A stretch of 64,000 nucleotides of DNA. Origin: Myxococcota bacterium. Lineage in GTDB: Bacteria; Myxococcota_A; UBA796; CAJQPC01. The notes below the pieces were generated by a model that did no database searches, had not been told where the DNA came from, and saw only the letters and a program-made list of their open reading frames with translations. Location: assembly GCA_036229005.1 (NCBI GenBank), contig JAZAMN010000031.1, positions 192,001 through 256,000 on the forward strand. The letters run 5' to 3'. The translations under genes and the position numbers were made by a program. Positions 1 to 8,142 of this stretch are shown here, one piece after another. Each line of letters begins with the position of its first letter. Position 1 is the stretch's first letter.

Positions 1-269
1 ACGACCACGTCCTTGAACAGCGCCCGGCCCAGTTCGCGCCACTCGATGATCTGCCAGGGGAGCACCTCGTGCTGCACGCGGTACTGCCCGGAGCTGAGCT
101 GGCCCTGGACCTGGGCGCTCCACTCCGCGCAGAAGCCGCCCGAGTCCAGCCGGAACACCGGGCTCCCGGCCAGCTCACAGGCCATCGCGCACTGCTCCGC
201 GTCGCTCCCGAACACGTGCACCGCCTGGCTCTCCGGCAGTCGCCGGACCTGCTCGATGCGAGAGATCAT
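1..269 (-). CDS. Hypothetical protein, runs off the window edge (MISRIEQVRRLPESQAVHVFG...)
   Basis: Manually translated open frame with GC3-biased codons and an AAGGAGG SD upstream of the ATG at 269. Confidence 0.75.
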   Translation of the reverse strand, partial: MISRIEQVRRLPESQAVHVFGSDAEQCAMACELAGSPVFRLDSGGFCAEWSAQVQGQLSSGQYRVQHEVLPWQIIEWRELGRALFKDVV

Positions 270-290
270 CCCGTCCTCCTTGGCCGGGGG

Positions 291-312
291 AGTCTACCCG
301 CACAGGTAGACT
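291..312. promoter_or_regulatory. Inverted repeat AGTCTACC-N6-GGTAGACT, giving back-to-back TAGACT -10-like elements
   Basis: Perfect 8-bp inverted repeat in the 49-bp gap between divergent genes. Confidence 0.55.
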
Positions 313-318
313 GCGCGC

Positions 319-1011
319 ATGGACGTGATGATTCTCTGCGGCGGCTACGGCACGCGGATGGGCGCCGTGACCGGGCGCATCCCCAAGCCCATGGTCCCCG
401 TCGGCGGGCAGCCGCTGCTCTGGCACGTCATGCAGATCTACGCGCGCCAGGGCCACACCCGCTTCCTGCTCTGCGTGGGCCACCTGGGCGAGCGGATCCG
501 GGACTGGGCGCGGGCCCACGCCCCCAGCGACTGGGAGGTCGTGCTGGTCGACACCGGCGCCGACACCCCCACCGGAGGCCGCCTGCTGGCCGCGAGCGAA
601 CACCTGCGCGGCCCCCGCTGCATGGCCACCTACGGCGACGGCGTGGCCGACCTGGACCTGAGCGCGCTGCTGGCCTTCCACACCCGCCAGGGCACCCACG
701 CCACCCTGAGCGCGATGCACCCCCGCTCCCGCTTCGGGGTCGTGGAGCTGGCCGGCGGGAAGGTCCAGGCCTTTGACGAGAAGCCGCTGCTTCGCCAGCG
801 CGTGTCGGGGGGCTTCTTTGTCTTCGAGCGGGAGGCCTTCGCGCAGATGCGCGGAGACGAGGCCCTGGAGCTGGGGGCCCTCTCCCGCCTGGCGGCGCAG
901 GGGCAGCTCTCCGGCTACGAGCACGACGGCTTCTGGATGTCCGTGGACACCCCTCGGGATCTGCAGGCCCTCAACGCGAGCTGGGACCAAGGAGAGCGCC
1001 CGTGGCTGTGA
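319..1011 (+). CDS. rfbF: Glucose-1-phosphate cytidylyltransferase-like nucleotidyltransferase
   Basis: ILCGGYGTRM, PKPMV, VDTGADTPTGGRL, TYGDGVAD and HDGFWMSVDT motifs. Confidence 0.85.
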   Translation: MDVMILCGGYGTRMGAVTGRIPKPMVPVGGQPLLWHVMQIYARQGHTRFLLCVGHLGERIRDWARAHAPSDWEVVLVDTGADTPTGGRLLAASEHLRGPRCMATYGDGVADLDLSALLAFHTRQGTHATLSAMHPRSRFGVVELAGGKVQAFDEKPLLRQRVSGGFFVFEREAFAQMRGDEALELGALSRLAAQGQLSGYEHDGFWMSVDTPRDLQALNASWDQGERPWL

Positions 1012-1952
1012 CACTGGTGACCGGCGCCGCCGGGATTCTGGGCAGCGAATGCGTGCGCCTGCTGCTGGAGCGCTCCGGCCCCGACGACCGCGTGCTCGTG
1101 TTGGTGCGCGACCGGGATCCCCGCAGCCGCCTCTACGCGGAGGGGCTCATCGACCGCTGCATCGAGCTGCGCGCCGAGCTCTCCGACGCCGAGCGCATCC
1201 TGGCCGAATACCAGCCCGACGCCGTGCTCCACCTGGCCGCCCAGACCCAGGTCCCCACCGCCAACCACAGCCCCCTGAGCACCTTCGAGTCCAACGTCGC
1301 GGGCACCTGGCGCCTGCTGGAGGCCTGCCGCCTGGCCGCCCGCCCCCCCGCGCGCGTCCTGGTCGCCAGCTCCGACAAGGCCTACGGCGCCGGCCCCCTG
1401 CCCTACCGCGAAGACCAGCCCCTGGCCGCCACCGCGCCCTACGACGTCTCCAAGGCCGCGACCGACATGATCGCCCGCAGCTACGCCAGCCACTTTGGCA
1501 TGCCCGTCGTGGTGACCCGCTGCGCGAACCTCTACGGCCCCGGCGACCGCCACACCGAGCGCCTGGTCCCCCACTGCTGCGCGCGCCTGCTCCAGGGCCA
1601 GCCCCCCATCCTGCGCAGCACCGGCCGGATGACCCGCGAGTGGCTCTTTGTGGAGGATGCGGCCGAGGGGACCTTGGCGCTGCTGGACTCTGCGGCCCAC
1701 CTCTCGGGCCGGGCGTTCAACCTGGGGGGCGGAGAGACCGCCTCCGTCAGCGAGGTCACCCGAGCCCTGTGCGCGCTGGCCAGTGGGCCTCAGCCTGTCC
1801 TCGCCGATGCCGATCCGGTGGGTGAGATCCCGCACCAGGCCCTGGACACCCAGGCGGTGCAGGACGCAGTGGGCTGGCGGGCACGCACCCCTCTGACCCT
1901 GGGGCTGCAGAAGACCTGGGACTGGTGGAAGGCCCAGGCCACCAGGGCCTAA
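1002..1952 (+). CDS. NDP-sugar 4,6-dehydratase/epimerase (RfbG-like extended SDR)
   Basis: TGAAGILG, HLAAQ, SSDKAYG, YDVSK catalytic motif and NLYGPGD; overlaps the rfbF stop. Confidence 0.85.
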   Translation: MAVTLVTGAAGILGSECVRLLLERSGPDDRVLVLVRDRDPRSRLYAEGLIDRCIELRAELSDAERILAEYQPDAVLHLAAQTQVPTANHSPLSTFESNVAGTWRLLEACRLAARPPARVLVASSDKAYGAGPLPYREDQPLAATAPYDVSKAATDMIARSYASHFGMPVVVTRCANLYGPGDRHTERLVPHCCARLLQGQPPILRSTGRMTREWLFVEDAAEGTLALLDSAAHLSGRAFNLGGGETASVSEVTRALCALASGPQPVLADADPVGEIPHQALDTQAVQDAVGWRARTPLTLGLQKTWDWWKAQATRA

Positions 1953-2308
1953 TCGTACTCGTAGGGGGCGGCTTTCACGAGCTCGGCGAGCTTCTGGGGG
2001 TCCTGCAGGGCAGCGTGCAGCAGGACGGCGAGCGCCTGCAGGGCCTCCAGATCGCTGCCATAGGCCACGAACATCCCGGCCTCCGGGTCCATGCCCAGGC
2101 GGGACTCCAGCGCGGGGGACTGGGTGCGCATGGCGGCGAGCGCGACGTCGGCCCAGCCGTAGCCGTTGCCGTAGCGGCCGTTCTGCTCGAACACCGCGTC
2201 GGGCCCTCCGACCATGTGCTGATCGCTGAGCATCAGGCAGAAGTTGCCGGGCTTGTGGTCGTACTCAAAGAGCACAAAAGGGGCGTAGGCGCTGCGTTCT
2301 TCGTACAC
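1949..2308 (-). CDS. Imm51-like immunity protein
   Basis: FE..G..GNGY.W and (M/F)DPEAGMF.AY motifs recalled for Imm51; probable GTG start at 2308. Confidence 0.65.
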   Translation of the reverse strand: MYEERSAYAPFVLFEYDHKPGNFCLMLSDQHMVGGPDAVFEQNGRYGNGYGWADVALAAMRTQSPALESRLGMDPEAGMFVAYGSDLEALQALAVLLHAALQDPQKLAELVKAAPYEYD

Positions 2309-2370
2309 GGAGGCTCCTGTTGGAGGGGGACTGTACAACCCGCGGGGTTCGGGGGGCTTGCCCGCATTTT

Positions 2371-2405
2371 ATTTAGCCGCTAAACCATCTGTATAGGAGC
2401 TAAAC
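2371..2405. promoter_or_regulatory. Two candidate MarR operator boxes (ATTTAGCCGCTAAAC, GTATAGGAGCTAAAC)
   Basis: AT-rich palindromes 20 bp apart, over the promoter/RBS of an operon ending in marR. Confidence 0.55.
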
Positions 2406-2406
2406 A

Positions 2407-2952
2407 ATGCAGCACCAGACCTACCCCGTCTCGCGGATCGGCCGCCTGGACAACCGGCTTCGCCTCTGGCTCCACCCCCCGGAGCGCCTGTTCTCGGAGT
2501 GGGCCCGACCGGGCGCTCGCTGTGCAGACATCGGCTGTGGGGGTGGCTTTGTGAGCGTCGGTCTGGCGCGGCTGGTCGGCCCCAGCGGCCAGGTCACGGC
2601 CATCGATCTGCAGCCCGGGATGCTGGAGCGGACCGGCGCGCGCGCCCTGCTGGAGGGGGTCCGGGTGGAGACCCGAGCCTGCACCCGCGAGTCCCTGGTG
2701 CTGCCCCCGGAGCTCGATCTGGCGGTGCTCTTCTACGTGGCCCACGAGCTCTCGGACTGGGCGGTCGCGGTCCAACAGCTCCACGCCGCGCTCAAGGTCG
2801 GGGGGCACCTGTGGCTGGCGGAGCCCCCGCTGATCGTGGGTCGGACGGCGTGGGAGGAGACCGTGGAGACCGCCCTCGCCCAGGGCTTTGAGTGCGTCGC
2901 CCGCCCCGAGCTGACCTTCGCGCGCGCGGCGGTGCTGCGGAGGCTGCCATGA
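2407..2952 (+). CDS. Class I SAM-dependent methyltransferase
   Basis: ADIGCGGG motif I, AIDLQPGML, LKVGG. Confidence 0.85.
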   Translation: MQHQTYPVSRIGRLDNRLRLWLHPPERLFSEWARPGARCADIGCGGGFVSVGLARLVGPSGQVTAIDLQPGMLERTGARALLEGVRVETRACTRESLVLPPELDLAVLFYVAHELSDWAVAVQQLHAALKVGGHLWLAEPPLIVGRTAWEETVETALAQGFECVARPELTFARAAVLRRLP

Positions 2953-3902
2953 GGGTCTTCCTGACCGGCGCGACCGGCTTTCTGGGGGCGCACCTGCTCG
3001 CTGCACTGCGTCGACAGGGGCACGAGATCGTGGCCCTCACCCGCGGTCCCCAGGCCCCTCGACCGGGCGTTCAGTGGGTGGAGGGTTCGCTGGAGGAGAG
3101 CGGCTGGCACAGCGCCTTGAGTGGCTGCTCCCACCTGATCAACGCGGCGGCCTCCTACGCCTCCGCCCTGGACGGCAGCGCGAGCGAGGACACCCTGGAG
3201 CAGATCAACGTGCAGGCCCCCGTGGCTGTGTACCGGGCGGCTCTGGAGGCTGGGCTGGAGCGCTTCGTGCAGATCAGCTCGGCGGGCGTGCTCCCCCCCG
3301 AAGGCGGCCCGGAGGGGTCGGCCGCCGCGTCCGATCTGGCCCCCTACTTTGCATCCAAGGCCCGGGCGGAGAGCGCCCTCCAGGCGGCGGAGGACCCCCG
3401 GCTCCCACTGCTGCTCCTGCGCCCGTCCATGCTCCTTGGGCCGGGAGACCGGGGCCCAAGCCCCGCGGGCGAGTGGCTGCTCGGCTACCTGCGCGGCCAG
3501 CACCCCGTCGTCCCGCCCGCAAACCTGGTGGTCGCGGACGTGCGCGATGTCGCCGAGGCCTGCGCGCGCAGCCTGACCATCGAGCCCCCAGCCCCCTGCT
3601 ACCACCTGAGCGGCCACCACCTCCGCTTCGCCGCGCTCTGCGACCACCTGGAGGCCACGACCGGGATCCCAGCCCCAGCCAAGCGCCCGCCCTACTGGCT
3701 GGCCTGGACGCTGCTCAGCCTCCGCGGGTTGACCGGCTCTCAGCCCCTGAGCGCCGCGGATCTCCGGCGCATGCACCGCCTGACGCTCCCCGACACCACC
3801 CGCGCCCGGAGCGAGCTGGCCTGGTGCCCCCGCCCTTGGACCGAGTCCGTGGACGACGCGATACAGGGCCTGCGGGAGCACCATGGCGAGACCCGACACT
3901 GA
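2949..3902 (+). CDS. NAD-dependent epimerase/dehydratase (dihydroflavonol reductase-like SDR)
   Basis: MRVFLTGATGFLG, YFASK, LGPGD; ATGA overlap with the upstream gene. Confidence 0.85.
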   Translation: MRVFLTGATGFLGAHLLAALRRQGHEIVALTRGPQAPRPGVQWVEGSLEESGWHSALSGCSHLINAAASYASALDGSASEDTLEQINVQAPVAVYRAALEAGLERFVQISSAGVLPPEGGPEGSAAASDLAPYFASKARAESALQAAEDPRLPLLLLRPSMLLGPGDRGPSPAGEWLLGYLRGQHPVVPPANLVVADVRDVAEACARSLTIEPPAPCYHLSGHHLRFAALCDHLEATTGIPAPAKRPPYWLAWTLLSLRGLTGSQPLSAADLRRMHRLTLPDTTRARSELAWCPRPWTESVDDAIQGLREHHGETRH

Positions 3903-4347
3903 CCCGGAGCTGCTGCGCGCGCTGATGCTGCTCCAGGACCTCATCCTGGAGGGCGCGGAGATCGACGTCCGCCCGCGTCGCTTCGACACGCCCACCCCCC
4001 TGAGCCGCGCCGAGATCCACACCCTCTCCGAGATCGCCGACTGTCCGGGCCTGGGCACCAGCGAGCTCGCGGAGCGCCTGCGCGTCACCAAGGGGGCCAT
4101 CTCCCAGATGCTCAAGCGCCTGGAGCAGAAGGGGCTGCTGGAGCGAGAGGCCGTGGGGCGCCGGGTCTCTCTGGAGCCCACCGCTCTGGGCTGGAGGGCC
4201 CACCGCGCACACCAGGACTTCCATCTGCGCCAAGCCGAGGTGCTTGGGGCCCAATACAGCGACCCCGGCACCCTGCAGCGGGACCGCGAGGCCCTGGAGC
4301 GCCTGTTGGCGGGCGTTCGCGCCTTTGGAGCGCAGGATCAGTCCTGA
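3883..4347 (+). CDS. MarR-family transcriptional regulator
   Basis: SELAERLRVTKGAISQMLKRLEQKGLL winged HTH. Confidence 0.85.
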   Translation: MARPDTDPELLRALMLLQDLILEGAEIDVRPRRFDTPTPLSRAEIHTLSEIADCPGLGTSELAERLRVTKGAISQMLKRLEQKGLLEREAVGRRVSLEPTALGWRAHRAHQDFHLRQAEVLGAQYSDPGTLQRDREALERLLAGVRAFGAQDQS

Positions 4348-4736
4348 GGCGGCGGGCGCTGCACCTGGAAGATGCCCGCCCACGCTGGGAAGCCGCGCTC
4401 GAGCACGGCGATGTCGGGGCGGGGCTCGGCGGGATCCGGCCACATGCGCAGCTCCACCAGAGCGTCGCAGCCGCCGCAGCGCACCAGGCGCACGGCCTCT
4501 CCGGGGACCTCGAAGGCCATGCCCGCGCGCTGTCCACACACCGGGCAGGCGGGCGCGCGCACGGGCAGCCGCTTGCGGTAGAGCAGGTGACCGGGGCCCA
4601 GCACCATGGCGCAGGCCAGCGCGCCCGCCAGCAGCAGGGCGAAGGGGCCCGTGAGGGGCAGGCTCATCAGGCCCAGCAGGGCGCCCAGGGCCGCGAGGCC
4701 CCCCAGCAGCAGCAGATCACCGAATCCCAGGGACAC
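4338..4736 (-). CDS. Small membrane protein with a zinc-ribbon-like CxxC...CxxC
   Basis: Two hydrophobic helices, then CPVC and CGGC; GTG start with GGAGG SD. Confidence 0.6.
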   Translation of the reverse strand: MSLGFGDLLLLGGLAALGALLGLMSLPLTGPFALLLAGALACAMVLGPGHLLYRKRLPVRAPACPVCGQRAGMAFEVPGEAVRLVRCGGCDALVELRMWPDPAEPRPDIAVLERGFPAWAGIFQVQRPPPQD

Positions 4737-4793
4737 CGGCCCTCCAGTGCCCGGAGTGTAGTCCCCGCGCAGCGACCCAGGCATACTCAGGGC

Positions 4794-6203
4794 ATGAACG
4801 TGGTCCTGGTCAACCCCTCCATGGGCGCCTACTACCGCCACTCCAAGGTGAAGGCGGCCATCACCCTGTCCCCGCCCCTGAACCTGGGCTTGCTGGCCGG
4901 TGGGCTGCGGGCGCAGGGACACAGCGTGGCCCTCTGGGACCTGGAGGCCGAAGACCCCGCGGCGTCGGACCCCGCAGCGCTGCGCGCCCGCTTCGCCAAG
5001 GCCCGCCCCGACATGGTGGGCGTGAGCTTCCGCACCCCCCTGTTCCCCCAGGCCCGCGCCATCGCCCAGGCGGCGCGGGCGGCCTGCCCCAGCGCCCTGT
5101 TGGTCGCCGGCGGCGTGCACCCCACCACCCGCCCCGAGCAGACCCTGGCCCGCTCGGACTTTGACGTGCTGGTGCGCGGCGAGGGCGACACCGCAATCCT
5201 GGCCCTGGCCGACGGGGCCTCCTGGGAGGGCATCCCCGGCCTGAGCTGGCGCACCGGCCAGACCGCCGAGCAGCCCCTGACCCTGGCCATGGACGCGCTC
5301 CCCTACGGCGCCTGGGACCTGGTGGATCTGCGCCGCTACCAGAGCCCCTCGCTGGTCGCGCCGACCGTGCCCGTGGCCGACCTGGAGTTCTCCCGGGGCT
5401 GCCGCGCCCAGTGCGTGTACTGCACCAAGGGGGTGTTCGGCTCGGACTGGCGGCACAAGTCCCCCGAGCGCTTCGTCGACGAGCTCCTGCACGCCAAGGC
5501 CCACGGCTTCCGCGCCTTCAACCTGGTGGACGACAGCTTCACGACCATCACCTCGCGCGCCATCGCCACCTGCGAGGAGATGATGCGCCGCCAGGTGGAC
5601 CTGCCCTGGTCCCTGACCAACGGCATCCGCGTGGCCAACGTGAACGAGGAGTTCTTCCGGGTCTCCCGCGCCGCCGGCTGCCGCCTGCTGGCCTTTGGCT
5701 TCGAGAGCGGCTCAGACCGCGTGCTCAAGCGCATCAAGAAGGGGGCCACGGTGCGTCAGGCGAGGCGGGCTGTGGGGTGGGCGCGCAAGTACGGGTTCAC
5801 CATCCTGGGCTACTTCATGGTCGGGCTCCCCGGAGAGACCGCGGAGACCATCGAGGAGACCGCGGCGCTGGCCACCGAGCTGGACCTGGACTTCGCCAAG
5901 TTCAGCATCACGATGCCGCTGCCCGGCACCCCGCTGTGGGACGAGTGGGGCCGCTACATCGACATGGACACGGTGGACTTCTCCATCCACAGCAATGGAG
6001 CGCACCTGTACGAGCACCCAGACTTCTCCTGGCCGGAGCTGGAGGCCCACACCCAGCGGGCCTACCGCTCCTTCTACGGCCGACCCCGCTACGTGGCCCG
6101 CCGCACCCTGCGCGCCATCCGCAGCGGCGCGCTGATGTCCGAGCTGCGCTACACAGCCGGCATCGGTGCGGGGGGCATGATGGAGGCCTTCCAGCGCCGC
6201 TGA
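4794..6203 (+). CDS. Cobalamin-binding radical SAM protein
   Basis: GGVHPT and GEGD in the B12-binding domain, SRGCRAQCVYC (CxxxCxxC), GFESGS, FMVGLPGET, PLPGTPLW. Confidence 0.9.
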   Translation: MNVVLVNPSMGAYYRHSKVKAAITLSPPLNLGLLAGGLRAQGHSVALWDLEAEDPAASDPAALRARFAKARPDMVGVSFRTPLFPQARAIAQAARAACPSALLVAGGVHPTTRPEQTLARSDFDVLVRGEGDTAILALADGASWEGIPGLSWRTGQTAEQPLTLAMDALPYGAWDLVDLRRYQSPSLVAPTVPVADLEFSRGCRAQCVYCTKGVFGSDWRHKSPERFVDELLHAKAHGFRAFNLVDDSFTTITSRAIATCEEMMRRQVDLPWSLTNGIRVANVNEEFFRVSRAAGCRLLAFGFESGSDRVLKRIKKGATVRQARRAVGWARKYGFTILGYFMVGLPGETAETIEETAALATELDLDFAKFSITMPLPGTPLWDEWGRYIDMDTVDFSIHSNGAHLYEHPDFSWPELEAHTQRAYRSFYGRPRYVARRTLRAIRSGALMSELRYTAGIGAGGMMEAFQRR

Positions 6204-6209
6204 GCCCGC

Positions 6210-8045
6210 CTAGATCCCCTGGCCCAGGAAGAGGTTCACGGAGCCGGTCAGGCCCGAGTCGTCCGAGCCCTGGCAGCCCACGGCGACGTCCGCGTTGCCG
6301 TCCTGGTCCACGTCGCTGATCAGCGGCTTGTACCAGCCGCAGCCCCCGCGGGTGAAGCCGGTGAAGGTGGCGTCCGCCGAGCCGGCCTTGGAGTCGGCGC
6401 TCACGGGGCCGTAGAAGAGCACCACGCCGCCCGTGTTGTCGCCGTAGCTGGCCAGCAGATCGTCCTGCCCGTCGCCGTCGACATCGCCGAGCGTCGTGCT
6501 GACCCCGAAGTAGCGGTCGTCCGTCTGACCCTTGATCATCACGGAGGCGTCCCCGCTGTCCATGCTGCTGCTCCAGGCCCCGGAGCCGCCGGAGAACACG
6601 TAGACCGCGCCGCGGTCGTCCCCGGCCGAGGGCTCCCAACCCGGCGCGCCCACGACCAGGTCGGCGTAGCCGTCGCCGTCCAGATCCCCGATGGAGGGCG
6701 ACAGGCCCAGGCCGTCGCTGCCATCGACCTGGGTGTCGGCGTCCTCCAGCGCCATGCTGCCGCCGCCGGGGAGCTTGCCCAGGAAGAGGGAGAAGCCGTA
6801 CCAGTAGCTGTTGACCACCAGATCCAGGGTGCCGTCTCCGTCCAGGTCACCGCTGGCCACGCCATCGCGATGCCCGACCATGTCCGGCCCTTCCCCCGTG
6901 ATGGTCAGGTCCGCGTTGGAGGCCCGGGTGTCCATGGTCGGCATCTCGTGGAAGATGTAGACCGTGCTGTCGGAGTCCGAGCCGATGGCCAGGGACTCGA
7001 CGCCGGTCCCTCGCAGATCCCCCAGGGCGTAGACGCTGCTGCCGAAGCGGTCCTCCCCGCTGTAGTCCAGGATGACCGCGTCCGGGCTGCTGTCGAGCGC
7101 CCCGCCGCTCGCGTAGAGGCTGACGTAGGGGAACACCGCCGTGCCGTCGTAGGAGCCCACCGCCAGGGTGTCCCCCTTGCTGCCGGGGATCACCGCCAGC
7201 GAGGTGCCCAGGTGCATGTCCCCGTGGTCTCCCGTGGTGTCCCAGTCCGCGCGGCTGGCCCGGGTGCTGCTGCCCGGCCCGTCAAAGAGCGCGACCGCGC
7301 CGTCCCCATCTTCCGCCTCGGGGGCGCTCACGACCAGGGCCTCCCAGCCGCTGCCGTCGGTGTCCATGGCCACGATGCTGGAGCCGAACTCGTCCTCGGT
7401 CTCGTAGCCGTTGATCTGCAGATCGGGGGCGCTGAGCTTGTAGGTGCCGGAGAACAGGCACTCGGGCGCGTCCCCCGAGCAGTCGTTGTCCAGGCCGTCA
7501 TTGCAGACCTCGCTTGCGCCAGGGTTCACCTCTGCGCGGGTGTCGTCGCAGTCGCCGGATCTCAGAGCGGTGTCCCCCGGTGCCTCGCACGCCAGGATCC
7601 CATCCTCCCCAGAATCTCCAAATCCGTCGCGATCCAGATCCGGGTAGTGCAACTGGGCGGTGGAGGGGTCCAGAGAGTCGTCGGCGTCGTCGGCCTGGCC
7701 ATCGCAGTCGTTGTCCACCCCGCCGTCGCAGATCTCGGTCGCGCCGGGGTGGATCCAGGGGTCATCGGGCGCACAATCGCCGGCCTGGGAGACGGTGCCC
7801 GAGGGCTGGTCGCAGGCCATCAACAGGGTCGCGGGGTCCCCGTAGCCGTCGCCGTCGTCGTCGAAGTACCAGGGCAGCTCGTCGCAGGGATCGCCCGTGT
7901 CATCGGGATCCCCGCTGTCCTGGCCCGAGCCGGTGTCGTCGCCGCCCGAGCCCTCCAGCCCCTGGGTGTCGTCGGTGGAGGGGTCGCGGGTCTCGGTCTT
8001 CTTGCAGGCCAGCAGGCCCAGGACGCTGAACAGGAGAAGGGACAT
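6210..8045 (-). CDS. Lipoprotein with Cys-rich MopE-like repeats and an FG-GAP/integrin-like beta-propeller
   Basis: LLAC lipobox, DCDD..NPGA.E.C.DG.DNDC repeats, GDLDGDGYADLVVGAP. Confidence 0.85.
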   Translation of the reverse strand: MSLLLFSVLGLLACKKTETRDPSTDDTQGLEGSGGDDTGSGQDSGDPDDTGDPCDELPWYFDDDGDGYGDPATLLMACDQPSGTVSQAGDCAPDDPWIHPGATEICDGGVDNDCDGQADDADDSLDPSTAQLHYPDLDRDGFGDSGEDGILACEAPGDTALRSGDCDDTRAEVNPGASEVCNDGLDNDCSGDAPECLFSGTYKLSAPDLQINGYETEDEFGSSIVAMDTDGSGWEALVVSAPEAEDGDGAVALFDGPGSSTRASRADWDTTGDHGDMHLGTSLAVIPGSKGDTLAVGSYDGTAVFPYVSLYASGGALDSSPDAVILDYSGEDRFGSSVYALGDLRGTGVESLAIGSDSDSTVYIFHEMPTMDTRASNADLTITGEGPDMVGHRDGVASGDLDGDGTLDLVVNSYWYGFSLFLGKLPGGGSMALEDADTQVDGSDGLGLSPSIGDLDGDGYADLVVGAPGWEPSAGDDRGAVYVFSGGSGAWSSSMDSGDASVMIKGQTDDRYFGVSTTLGDVDGDGQDDLLASYGDNTGGVVLFYGPVSADSKAGSADATFTGFTRGGCGWYKPLISDVDQDGNADVAVGCQGSDDSGLTGSVNLFLGQGI

Positions 8046-8142
8046 TCGTAGCTCCAGGCTGGGGGCCACGGGTCCACGGCGGTCTTGGCCCCCCCCGGGA
8101 CCGCCACCGAGATCATACGAACCCGGCGGCGAATCGCCAGGG

